Shown: positions 1-7,862 of the stretch, one piece after another
Position numbering within the stretch: the first letter of the stretch is position 1
How the letters are laid out: every line of letters begins with the position of its first letter
NCBI RefSeq assembly: GCF_000025665.1
Contig: NC_013926.1
Location: forward strand, 1,140,001-1,172,000
Source: Aciduliprofundum boonei T469
Lineage (GTDB): Archaea; Thermoplasmatota; Thermoplasmata; Thermoplasmatales; Aciduliprofundaceae
Reading direction: 5' to 3'
Length of the DNA stretch: 32,000 nt
Program-made: the position numbers and the translations under genes
The notes under the pieces: generated by a model
What the model was told of the DNA's origin: nothing
Seen by the model: only the letters and a program-made list of their open reading frames with translations
Databases searched by the model: none

Positions 1-252
1 GCTATTGAGAAATTCAAAGAAGAGAAGCCAGATATAGTTTTGGTGGATATTATACTCTCAGATTCAAATGGAATTGATGTAATTAAAGAGATAAAAGCTC
101 TGGACAAAGATGCGAATATAATGGTGATAAGTGGACTTGATAAACAGGATGTGATAAAGGAAGCTTTGGATGCGGGAGCAAGGGACTATATAGTGAAGAA
201 TGTAAGCCCAAAATATTTCCGTGAGGAAATTTTAAAAGCTTTGAAGACCTAG
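1..252 (+). CDS. Response-regulator receiver (CheY-like) domain protein; N-terminus lies outside the window
   Basis: Frame 1 is open from nt 1, and the track ORF 40..252 is only its Met-initiated part. The translation AIEKFKEEKPDIVLVDIILSDSNGIDVIKEIK...IMVISGLDKQDVIKEALDAGARDYIVK shows receiver hallmarks: an acceptor Asp in DIVLVD, Ser in VISG and Lys in YIVK. Confidence 0.85.
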   Translation, partial: AIEKFKEEKPDIVLVDIILSDSNGIDVIKEIKALDKDANIMVISGLDKQDVIKEALDAGARDYIVKNVSPKYFREEILKALKT

Positions 253-267
253 CTCCAAGATTAATTT

Positions 268-1836
268 TTGCAAAAACAATTATATAAGAGCAAAGCTGAT
301 GCTATAATAATGGATGGAGGGGTGATTGCCGATATAGCCACTATTCTGATTTTCAGTTTCCTTTGCTCCTATTTATATTATAAATTGGGTAACTCAGTTC
401 TTAGTTATGTAGTACTCCTATTTAGCTCGGGAGTAGCCATATTGGCAATATCGGATATAATCTCACTTTTATATCAAAACTTGCCGTCGGTGGAGTGCAT
501 TGCAGGAAAATTTACAGCGATGGGATCACTTATTGCAATACTTGGGCTTTTACACCTAGTTTCTATTTTCCCTCGTAAAAGTACGCGTATCCACACAATA
601 CTTCCATCAATCTATTTTATATCTGCAATTCAAATCATTTACCTATTCTTCACACCCCACTTTCTTTCCTGCGATCCAATAATGGGGGGAGTTAGAAATC
701 ATCTATGGTCCATTTATGCGCTATGGGCTTATTCACTTCTTATTTTTGCCTCTTTAATTCCTATTTATCATATGTTCACCTCCATAACAAAAATTGAAAA
801 AATTGCAACATTCTATATGGTAATTGGCTCACTCTTGGTAATAGGATACCTTGGACTTGCACAAATTGTTCCGATGTATTATCCAGAGTTTGAAGTTTTC
901 AGTGCTGTTCACATTCTACCTTTAATGGGTGTGCTTTTCACTGTTGGTATCATAAAATACGGCATATATGTTATGGTTCCGTATAAAGAGGTAAGTAAAA
1001 AATCTGAAAATTTACCTGAAATAAGATATGGAGAGATCAATGGAATAGCCAACATAGATGCTGCCTATAAAATATTTAGACAAGAAATATCGGAGCATTT
1101 AGGTATGGTTATCACCATTCGCCCACCCACAATAATTAAAGAAAGATATTCTATAGAGAGAACACCTATTATATGGCTTACATATTTCTCTAATGGATAC
1201 GATCTGGCAATAGTTCCAGATAGATTGCACTTTGAGGCTACATATTCCATAGCAAATTTTCTAGACAATGGTGGAGAAATTGTAATTATGGATGGTGTAG
1301 AATACATAATAAAAAATTATGGGAGGCGATTTTTTGCTGAATTTTTAGAGGAGATAAAAACAGTAAAAAATGATGCTACAATAATTCTCGCCGTAAACTC
1401 ATTAGATTGCTTAGAGGGACTTGCTGATAATGTTATCTACACCGAAGGAGCTATTGAGGCTCCCAGGGTTATAATGGTCAATAATATAAAGTATATTAAA
1501 AAGAGAGATTTGCTAATAATAACTTCAAAATCAAGGAAGCATCTAGAGTTCGAATTTGAAGAAAATCCAGAAATAATAAGCATATCTAATGAGTTCAATA
1601 TAGACCGCTTTTTGTTTGAAGGAATAGGAAAAATAGAAGATAGCCCAAAGAAGAATGTGTATATAGAATGCATGGATTATATAATGTCAATGGGTGAGGA
1701 AAAGGATGTCATGAACTTCATAAAAGATATAATAGACATAATACTTTTCCGCAATGGATATGTATTCCTAAGATACACTCCAAGGGCTCTAGAATCACCG
1801 GCGATTAAACAATTTGTTGAAGAAATAAAATTATAA
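268..1836 (+). CDS. Polytopic membrane protein with a soluble C-terminal DUF835-like module (putative sensor)
   Basis: 522-codon ORF with TTG at 268 and the first ATG at 310, so the start is uncertain. The N-terminal ~230 aa form about seven hydrophobic helices. The C-terminal part (VITIRPPTIIKERYSIERTPIIWLT...EIVIMDGVEYIIKNYG...) resembles the archaeal DUF835 domain from memory. It begins 15 nt after the receiver gene. Confidence 0.65.
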   Translation: MQKQLYKSKADAIIMDGGVIADIATILIFSFLCSYLYYKLGNSVLSYVVLLFSSGVAILAISDIISLLYQNLPSVECIAGKFTAMGSLIAILGLLHLVSIFPRKSTRIHTILPSIYFISAIQIIYLFFTPHFLSCDPIMGGVRNHLWSIYALWAYSLLIFASLIPIYHMFTSITKIEKIATFYMVIGSLLVIGYLGLAQIVPMYYPEFEVFSAVHILPLMGVLFTVGIIKYGIYVMVPYKEVSKKSENLPEIRYGEINGIANIDAAYKIFRQEISEHLGMVITIRPPTIIKERYSIERTPIIWLTYFSNGYDLAIVPDRLHFEATYSIANFLDNGGEIVIMDGVEYIIKNYGRRFFAEFLEEIKTVKNDATIILAVNSLDCLEGLADNVIYTEGAIEAPRVIMVNNIKYIKKRDLLIITSKSRKHLEFEFEENPEIISISNEFNIDRFLFEGIGKIEDSPKKNVYIECMDYIMSMGEEKDVMNFIKDIIDIILFRNGYVFLRYTPRALESPAIKQFVEEIKL

Positions 1837-1839
1837 GAG

Positions 1840-3582
1840 CTAAAATTCCTCTGCGGGACATTTTCCAAGGCAGTCCAAGCAATGTATACATTTCTCTTCT
1901 TTTATTGCTATCTTTCCATTTTCAAGATATAAAGCCCCAACAGGACATCTCCCAAGACATATACCGCATCCAATGCACTCCTGAGAGCGTATTATTAAAG
2001 ATTTTGCTTCTTTTACAAAATTCCCAGAAACTTCTAATTTTTTATCATACCTAAAAGAACCTTCAGGTAAGGCATAGAGAATATTGAGCATTCTTTCTTC
2101 ATCAATTTCTCTATCAAACCTTACCTCTTTCCACTCATCGCCCACAAATTCCACATGAAGTTTATCTCTCTCTACCTTTATGCCTCCTGCCCACCGCGGT
2201 GGGTTTTTCCAGCGCCAAGAAGATTGAACCCATTTTTCAGAGATCCCATTTTCTTTCGCATAATCTTTTAAATACGAGAACCATCCATCTATGCCATCAA
2301 AGTATTTTCCCACAATTTCAAAATCTGCAAGATCTGAAGATGGACACAAATAGCATCCAATTCTTGTCAACCCTCTCTTATACCATACATTTATCGGTGC
2401 CCTCTTCCAGAGTATATAAAGCCAAACTTCTAATGAACTCCAGTTTTGAATGGGACTTGCAGATAATTGATTTGGCACCCATTCGTTTCTCCAAATATTT
2501 CCCTTTCTCATTCTCTCCATACTTTCATATCTTCTCTGTCCTATGAGTGTGAGTAATCCAGATGGATAATTTTCAAGTATATACTTGGTTGTTGGGCCAA
2601 GTTTAGTTACTTTGCAGCACCATCTATAATCTCGTCCAGGAGGACCAAAATGCTCTAAAGATCCCCAAAACGCATTTCCTGCATCTATTCTATCCATTTT
2701 TATCCCGTATTTTTTCTCAATTTCATTTACATATTCAACAGTCTCTGGAAGCTCTATGCCAGTATTCAAAAAGAATGTATGAAAATCCATGCCACTTTTC
2801 AAAGCAAGGAGAAGAACCGCTAGAGAATCTTTTCCACCACTAAATGAAACAGCTAAAGGTAAATCGTATCTCATTTTTGTTTCTCTAATGAATTTTACAG
2901 CCCTATTTTCTATATTTTCCAGATGCTGTATGTTAGCTTCTATAACATCATCCAATTCTGCTTGCTTTCTTTTTTCCCAGTTTCCATAGCCACTGTGCCT
3001 AATCTTAACAGCCATCCCATGGGTAGATTTGCACATATCTTCCGAATCCATTCTCGCTATACCAACAGCTAAAGCCCTACCAGCAGAGTCCCGTATTATT
3101 ACTTCATCCCCGTTCTTTATGCCCTCTGCGCAATCTTTCACTCCCGGGGCCATTAAATTCTTTCCACTCAAAATAGGTTCTATAGCGCCATCATCGATTT
3201 CAATCCATCCCTTGGACATGCAACTGTTCAATAGATAAGCCCCATCCATTCTAAGTGCAATTTTAAATTTTTTTTCCTCTATATCATATCTCAAGTTTCC
3301 TATTACCTTTCCATCAATTATAATTTCATCCATTCTGTCGTAATGTGGAACTCTATTGAAGAGCACAAAAAAATTTTCAAGTTTGCAACCAAATGCCCTT
3401 TTTAATGCATCATTTAAAATCTCCAAATCTCCCTCAAATCCAATTCTAACCTCCCCTGGTGGAGTTATAGAAACTTTCCTACCCTCTTTCCCACATTTGC
3501 TGCAATGCTTTGTAAGAATTGGAACATTACATTTATCACACCAGTAAAACTTGATTTTTCCAAGATAAACAGGTTTTCCCAT
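1840..3582 (-). CDS. Zn-ribbon / PUA domain / PAPS-reductase-like PP-loop ATPase / 2x[4Fe-4S] ferredoxin fusion protein (probable RNA-modifying enzyme)
   Basis: 580-aa ORF. N-terminal CDKCNVPILTKHCSKCG zinc ribbon. PUA-like segment (GDEVIIRDSAGRALAVGIARM). PP-loop SFSGGKDS followed by PAPS-reductase-family motifs (YRWCCK, IGQRRYES). C-terminal CIGCGICLGRCP and CIHCLDCLGKCP ferredoxin motifs. Confidence 0.85.
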   Translation of the reverse strand: MGKPVYLGKIKFYWCDKCNVPILTKHCSKCGKEGRKVSITPPGEVRIGFEGDLEILNDALKRAFGCKLENFFVLFNRVPHYDRMDEIIIDGKVIGNLRYDIEEKKFKIALRMDGAYLLNSCMSKGWIEIDDGAIEPILSGKNLMAPGVKDCAEGIKNGDEVIIRDSAGRALAVGIARMDSEDMCKSTHGMAVKIRHSGYGNWEKRKQAELDDVIEANIQHLENIENRAVKFIRETKMRYDLPLAVSFSGGKDSLAVLLLALKSGMDFHTFFLNTGIELPETVEYVNEIEKKYGIKMDRIDAGNAFWGSLEHFGPPGRDYRWCCKVTKLGPTTKYILENYPSGLLTLIGQRRYESMERMRKGNIWRNEWVPNQLSASPIQNWSSLEVWLYILWKRAPINVWYKRGLTRIGCYLCPSSDLADFEIVGKYFDGIDGWFSYLKDYAKENGISEKWVQSSWRWKNPPRWAGGIKVERDKLHVEFVGDEWKEVRFDREIDEERMLNILYALPEGSFRYDKKLEVSGNFVKEAKSLIIRSQECIGCGICLGRCPVGALYLENGKIAIKEEKCIHCLDCLGKCPAEEF

Positions 3583-3888
3583 TTAAACCACAAGAGTTAA
3601 AACTTTCTTTCTCAGTATTTTAACTATATTTTCTATTTCCCCAAATTGCTCAGCAAGTTCTAGTAAATCGTCTTTAATATTTCCCTCTATCACAGCCCCA
3701 TTAGGTGTAGGTCTTATAAATCCATTATTCTCTAAAACAGCTAAAGAGCGTCTTACTTCATGCTCCTCAAGACCCAAAATTTGGGACATTCTTATTATAC
3801 CTACAGGTTGCTTTTTCATAACAACCTCTAATACCCTTATATGTCTAGATAACAATTCAAGCTCGTCATAAATTCTCTTTGTAAGCAT
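3583..3888 (-). CDS. Small winged-helix DNA-binding protein, abutting the PAPS-reductase-like gene
   Basis: The track ORF starts at TTG 3930, but ATG 3888 is preceded by GAGGTGA plus 5 nt, a strong SD. HTH-like segment GIIRMSQILGLEEHEVRRSLAVLENNGFIR. Its stop codon directly abuts the downstream gene start at 3582. Confidence 0.7.
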   Translation of the reverse strand: MLTKRIYDELELLSRHIRVLEVVMKKQPVGIIRMSQILGLEEHEVRRSLAVLENNGFIRPTPNGAVIEGNIKDDLLELAEQFGEIENIVKILRKKVLTLVV

Positions 3889-3987
3889 TCCGTTCACCTC
3901 CGCACATTGCAAAAGGTGTAAAATTTCCAAGAATAAAAAATTTTATATCCACCATGCTTATACGCCTTTGCAACAGACAAATATGAT

Positions 3988-4062
3988 GCTCCGGTGGTGT
4001 AGCACGGCCAAGCATTAGGGGCTCTCAACCCCTCGACCCGGGTTCAAATCCCGGCCGGAGCA
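3988..4062 (+). tRNA. tRNA-Glu (anticodon CUC)
   Basis: Hand-folded cloverleaf. Acceptor GCTCCGG/CCGGAGC. Anticodon stem AGGGG/CCCCT with loop CT-CTC-AA (anticodon 4024-4026). T arm CCGGG-TTCAAAT-CCCGG. Discriminator A. No encoded CCA. 75 nt. Confidence 0.9.
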
Positions 4063-4190
4063 CTAAGAAGCCCCTTTCTTAGAAAGAAAAAGTGCTTCAT
4101 CCCAAAAGAAACTCATTCTTAGGTTGCTGGAGATGATAAGAACCCGCTGGAGGTTCTTAGAAAGAAAGGGGCTTCATCTCGAAAAGAAAC
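4063..4190 (+). repeat. Repeat-rich, hairpin-forming element directly 3' of tRNA-Glu, related to the tRNA-Gln intron
   Basis: 14-bp perfect inverted repeat GAAGCCCCTTTCTT (4067-4080) / AAGAAAGGGGCTTC (4162-4175) enclosing 81 nt. Two 37-nt imperfect direct units (4076-4112 and 4154-4190). TTCTTAG occurs three times and GCTGGAG twice. The first 11 nt (GAAGCCCCTTT) and GTGCTTCATCCC match the intron at 23438-23467. Confidence 0.6.
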
Positions 4191-4247
4191 ACTGAGATAC
4201 AACTTCTTTTTAACAAATGTTTTTATGCCATTGTTCCATTTAACATT

Positions 4248-4709
4248 ATGCTTTCTGACAGAGATATAGCCACGGCAATGAAAAAAGGAGAGATTGACAT
4301 AAAAGGTTTTAGAGAAGAAAATATGACTCCAAACGGGTATGATCTAACGATTGGAGAAATAATGATTCCGAGCAAGAATTTGCATATAAAGGAAGGAGAG
4401 ATAAAAATCCCATCTTTAACAAGATTCCTGGTGGGGAGTAAAGAGTATATAAAATTAGATGAAAATCATGCAGCGCAAATATGGATAAAGAGCAGGTGGG
4501 CTAGAAGGGGTGTTTTAGCATCCTTTGGAGTTGTTGATGCAGGATTTGAAGGAATACTAACAATGGGTGCCTTTGCTACAGAGGAAATAGTTATAAAAAT
4601 AGGAGATAAGTTTGCACAAATAAGCTTCTTCGACCTAAAATCTCCTGCCCACAAAACATATGCTGAAAGGTCAGGTAATTATCAAAAACAAAAAAGTATA
4701 AAGATATAA
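4248..4709 (+). CDS. dCTP deaminase/dUTPase-fold protein, short form (probable dUTP diphosphatase)
   Basis: 153-aa ORF. MLSDRDI...NGYDLTIGE and GVVDAGFEGILTMG motifs are typical of the trimeric dCTP deaminase/dUTPase family. Its length fits the short archaeal dUTPase-like members. Confidence 0.75.
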   Translation: MLSDRDIATAMKKGEIDIKGFREENMTPNGYDLTIGEIMIPSKNLHIKEGEIKIPSLTRFLVGSKEYIKLDENHAAQIWIKSRWARRGVLASFGVVDAGFEGILTMGAFATEEIVIKIGDKFAQISFFDLKSPAHKTYAERSGNYQKQKSIKI

Positions 4710-5438
4710 TTAGGCAGCAATGAGCATGTTTGCATAAACTTCCTCTACTATAGTATCTACCTCTCTTAGATACATCTCCCTGAATTTTTTCTCTATCTCT
4801 CTTCTCGTTACATTAGTTATTCTTTCCACAAAATTTGAAATCTCATCGTACATTATTTTATATGCTTCAGATATTTTTACACTTGGTTTCTGCAGGAGTA
4901 TATCACTATCAAGCACTATTGATTTTGTCACAAGGGCTTTTACTTTATTCACGGTCTCTATTGCAATTTCTCTTCTCTTTCCCTCAATGCTAAATGGAAG
5001 TATCATTATTGCTACGATTGGCTTGTCAAATCTCTCGTTAATTATCTTTGCCGTTTCTAAAATTCCACCTGTACCAGTACCACCTCCAAGAGCAGCAAGA
5101 AGTACAATCACATCAGCATTATTTGCTTCCTCCAATATCCATGCCTTGTTTCTGCTCATTATGTATTCTGCCACTTTCCTTTCCCCATTGGTATCCCTAT
5201 GCTCGCCAAGAACATCCTTACCCATGTGCATCTTTTTATCCGCATCTATGCTTTCTAATCCTTTCTCATCTGTGTTTATAGCTATGACCCTGAGTCCTTC
5301 AATTTTTTTATTGGCTATGAAAGATGCTATTCTCCCAGCACCTCCACCGAAGGCAAACAGTCGAACATCCGGTCTTATGCTAAATTCTTCGATTAACAGC
5401 TCTTCTATATTCTTTCTAACTTCATCAATATCGCGCAT
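4710..5438 (-). CDS. FtsZ/tubulin-superfamily GTPase-domain-only protein (no C-terminal domain)
   Basis: FAFGGGAGRIASF (T1-like), AINTD, tubulin signature GGGTGTG, and PFSIEGKRR, followed by the IVLDSDILL helix. The ORF ends ~60 aa later. ATG 5438 has GGTGAT plus 3 nt upstream, whereas the track start 5462 overlaps the upstream stop as ATGA. The stop codon abuts the convergent dUTPase-like gene. Confidence 0.8.
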   Translation of the reverse strand: MRDIDEVRKNIEELLIEEFSIRPDVRLFAFGGGAGRIASFIANKKIEGLRVIAINTDEKGLESIDADKKMHMGKDVLGEHRDTNGERKVAEYIMSRNKAWILEEANNADVIVLLAALGGGTGTGGILETAKIINERFDKPIVAIMILPFSIEGKRREIAIETVNKVKALVTKSIVLDSDILLQKPSVKISEAYKIMYDEISNFVERITNVTRREIEKKFREMYLREVDTIVEEVYANMLIAA

Positions 5439-5458
5439 TCCATCACCTTCTGGCATTC

Positions 5459-5839
5459 TCATTTATAAGGCAAAGGGTTCTTCTCCTTCTCACCCTCACT
5501 TAATCTTAAAGATGATAGCCCCCGGGTGTATGATTTTAAAATTCTGGCAAGCTCCCCGTTGGATACCAGAATCCTAAGCACATAAGTTATTAAATCCCCC
5601 ATATCCTTGAAATATTTGTAATCTACATAGTCCTCAAGTACACTCAAGATCCTGTCTTCCATCTCCACCTTTAGCCCAGAGTCCTTCAATAATCCCCTAT
5701 CTGCCATTTTTATGTAGGACATCAAGGCATTTCTTATGAACTCAGAGCGATTTCTGTACTCTGGATGTCTAGCTAGAAAATCATCAATCTCATCAAGCTC
5801 CACGTCTGACAGCCTAATAGTCAGTCTGGTACCATTCAT
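5459..5839 (-). CDS. Ribbon-helix-helix (CopG/Arc-type) DNA-binding protein with a C-terminal extension
   Basis: The N-terminus TRLTIRLSDVELDEIDDFLARHPEYRNRSEFIRNALMSYI has the beta-strand/helix/helix pattern of RHH proteins. GGGTGA plus 4 nt precedes the ATG. It lies immediately upstream of the FtsZ-like gene on the same strand. Confidence 0.7.
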   Translation of the reverse strand: MNGTRLTIRLSDVELDEIDDFLARHPEYRNRSEFIRNALMSYIKMADRGLLKDSGLKVEMEDRILSVLEDYVDYKYFKDMGDLITYVLRILVSNGELARILKSYTRGLSSLRLSEGEKEKNPLPYK

Positions 5840-6067
5840 ATATTCACCCTTTGCCCACTGGGTAAGGAAGATATGTACTTAAACATATATAAAGTTTTTG
5901 ATTTTAACATAAAAAAATTTTATTTTTATGACAAAATTAATTTTTAAACGCTTGCATAGAACAAATTATCAAATAAATCATATTAAAAATGTATGACGAG
6001 ATATGACAAAATATGCCGTTTTGTATAACAAGTTTTGCTCTTTGGCATACTTTTCGGGTTTTTTGTC

Positions 6068-6388
6068 TTACTTTAATAAATCCGACAGCAGTAGTTTATC
6101 CATCAATTTTGCCTTTATTTTTATCTTCTTCGTTAGATATGCCGTAAGAGCATCTTCTTTCTTATCCAGTATGTCTTTAAATATCTGAGTTGTGGTCTCT
6201 ACCAGTATATCTGCTTGAATCTCACCTTCTTCCACATCAGATAACTTTGCATCTTCGAGCTTGAAGTTGTAAGTGCCATCATCCGTGAATCTAATAACTA
6301 TGGTTCTCCTCAAATCTTTTATTTTCTCCTTTCTTGGATCATCCTTTGCGTTGAACTTATCTACCAATTCTTGCAATATCTCCTTCAT
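6068..6388 (-). CDS. SCP2 (sterol-carrier-like) domain protein
   Basis: 106 aa. The pattern TIVIRFTDDGTYNFKL...ADILVETTTQIFKDILDKKEDALTAYLTKKIKIKAKLMD matches the SCP2 fold consensus (..G.l.i.G d...a.kl). GGTGATAAA precedes the ATG, 9 nt after the cobO stop. Confidence 0.65.
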   Translation of the reverse strand: MKEILQELVDKFNAKDDPRKEKIKDLRRTIVIRFTDDGTYNFKLEDAKLSDVEEGEIQADILVETTTQIFKDILDKKEDALTAYLTKKIKIKAKLMDKLLLSDLLK

Positions 6389-6397
6389 TTTATCACC

Positions 6398-6907
6398 TCA
6401 GTATTCTATTCCTTCCCTTGCCATAATACCTATCTGGTAATAATGCTTTATCTCTTTCATCTCTGTCACAAGATGAGCTCTTTCTATTATTTCATTTTTT
6501 GCATATCTTCCCGTAAGTATCAACTCGGTTTTTTCTGGAATTGAATCCATCAGGGAGAGAACATCTTCTAACTTTATCAAATTGAAATCTAAAGCCACAT
6601 TTATTTCATCAAGTACCATCATATCATACATTTCTTTTAGTTTTTCTTTGGCGAATTCCAGAGCTTTGTTTGCTCTCTCGATATCTTCCTTTTTAGGATT
6701 TTTCTTGCTTACAAATCTATTTGTGCCAAAGGGATACACTTCAATACCTAATTTTCTAGCAGAGACCTGCTCGCCATACCCTTTATCTGGCTTCATAAAT
6801 TGAATTATAATCACCTTTTTTCCTCTGCCTGCTGCACGCATTGCAAGGCCAAATGCTGCAGTGGTTTTCCCCTTTCCATTGCCAGTATAAACATGGATGT
6901 AGCCCAT
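6398..6907 (-). CDS. cobO: Cob(I)yrinic acid a,c-diamide / corrinoid adenosyltransferase (CobA/CobO/BtuR family)
   Basis: 169 aa. GYIHVYTGNGKGKTTAAFGLAMRAAGRGKKVIIIQFMK P-loop region and LDEINVAL...GRYA are characteristic of the family. Confidence 0.88.
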   Translation of the reverse strand: MGYIHVYTGNGKGKTTAAFGLAMRAAGRGKKVIIIQFMKPDKGYGEQVSARKLGIEVYPFGTNRFVSKKNPKKEDIERANKALEFAKEKLKEMYDMMVLDEINVALDFNLIKLEDVLSLMDSIPEKTELILTGRYAKNEIIERAHLVTEMKEIKHYYQIGIMAREGIEY

Positions 6908-6994
6908 GGAGGGGAGTATGAAAGAGTGGATTAAATAATTATCACCAAAAAGTTAAATAGTTTCAATCTCTTATATTTTGAGAGGTGGCTAAAC

Positions 6995-7807
6995 ATGGGA
7001 TTTGATATAGGTGCACCATTGCCGTATATAGGATTCTCTGTGATACAGATAATCTGGTTCGCAGTAATTATAGTGGTGGGTTTTGTACTAGTAAAATACC
7101 TCATAGTTCCATTGATGAGAAAGAGTATGAAGAAGACAAAATTACCTGAGATACTCATTGAATTTATGGTAAGAGTAACTGCCATATTTTTATACATTTT
7201 GGTGTTCTTACTCTCCCTCACAGCGCTTGGCTATGACATGAGTGCCATAGTAATAGGACTTTCAGCAATCTTGGGTTTGATGTTAGGCTTTGGCTTGCAG
7301 GATACAATAACAAATATGGCCAGCGGTTTCTGGATTGCCCTTACTAGGCCCTTTGATAAAGGGGAAGTTGTTAGTGCTCAGGGATTAACAGGAAAAATAG
7401 TGGGAATAGGAATAATGTCTACAAAGATGCTCACACCTGATAATGTCGTGATTACTATACCAAACAAAATAATATGGGGCAGCCCAATGATAAACTATAC
7501 ACGGATGAACATAAGACGGGTGGATGTAAATGTTGGAGTGGCATATGGCACGAATTTAGATAAAGCAGTGAAAATAGCAATGGATATGATGAAGAAGCAT
7601 GAGTTAGTACTGGATGATCCAGAGCCATCTGTGGCAATAACCGAGCTTGCAGATTCATCCATAAATCTACAACTGCGTGCATGGACCAAAACAGATGATT
7701 ACTGGACTGTGAAAGGAGATCTTACAAAGCAAATATACGAAACTTACGGAAAGAAGAAAATTGAGATACCGTTCCCCCAGATGGATGTGCATTTGAAAAA
7801 AGAATAA
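6995..7807 (+). CDS. Small-conductance mechanosensitive channel (MscS family)
   Basis: 270 aa. Three N-terminal TM helices, then the DTITNMASGFWIALTRPFDKGEVV...GKIVGIGIMSTKMLTPDNVVITIPN beta-domain signature. GAGAGGTGG SD upstream. Confidence 0.85.
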   Translation: MGFDIGAPLPYIGFSVIQIIWFAVIIVVGFVLVKYLIVPLMRKSMKKTKLPEILIEFMVRVTAIFLYILVFLLSLTALGYDMSAIVIGLSAILGLMLGFGLQDTITNMASGFWIALTRPFDKGEVVSAQGLTGKIVGIGIMSTKMLTPDNVVITIPNKIIWGSPMINYTRMNIRRVDVNVGVAYGTNLDKAVKIAMDMMKKHELVLDDPEPSVAITELADSSINLQLRAWTKTDDYWTVKGDLTKQIYETYGKKKIEIPFPQMDVHLKKE

Positions 7808-7862
7808 CTTTTTTCTTTATTTTTTCAAAATCTTTATATCGTTATGCTCATTAAGGTATATC

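Noticed and set aside
4128-4196. Possible C/D-box sRNA: ATGATAA at ~4133 as the C box and CTGA at ~4192 as the D box.
   Set aside because: The C box deviates at the G that pairs with the D-box C. No C'/D' boxes are present. The sequences flanking the boxes cannot form a terminal stem. The spacing (~70 nt) is long for archaeal C/D RNAs.
4987-5577. 196-aa plus-strand ORF (and the 77-aa ORF at 5048..5281) opposite the FtsZ-like gene.
   Set aside because: It is an antisense shadow of a gene with clear family motifs. The translation is low-complexity (S/L/P/I-rich) with no start-site signals. The same reasoning applies to 2199..2546, 2789..2989, 3029..3238, 3356..3547, 25089..25664, 25900..26208, 26088..26288 and similar shadow ORFs.
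5956-5967. 12-mer ATAGAACAAATT shared between 5956-5967 and 18437-18448.
   Set aside because: A single short A/T-rich match. Many such 12-mer coincidences are expected among all position pairs in 32 kb of AT-rich DNA.
5927-6012. TATGACAAAAT (5927-5937 and 6002-6012) plus TATGACGAG (5992-6000) upstream of the RHH/FtsZ-like operon, considered as a centromere-like iteron array.
   Set aside because: There are only two full copies, with irregular spacing, in very AT-rich DNA. This is within chance expectation and is mentioned only as a region to include in binding tests.
6931-7221. 96-aa minus-strand ORF overlapping the start of the MscS gene.
   Set aside because: It is antisense to a gene with a clear family signature and covers that gene's promoter and SD. 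The hydrophobic translation is an artefact of the TM-coding strand complement.
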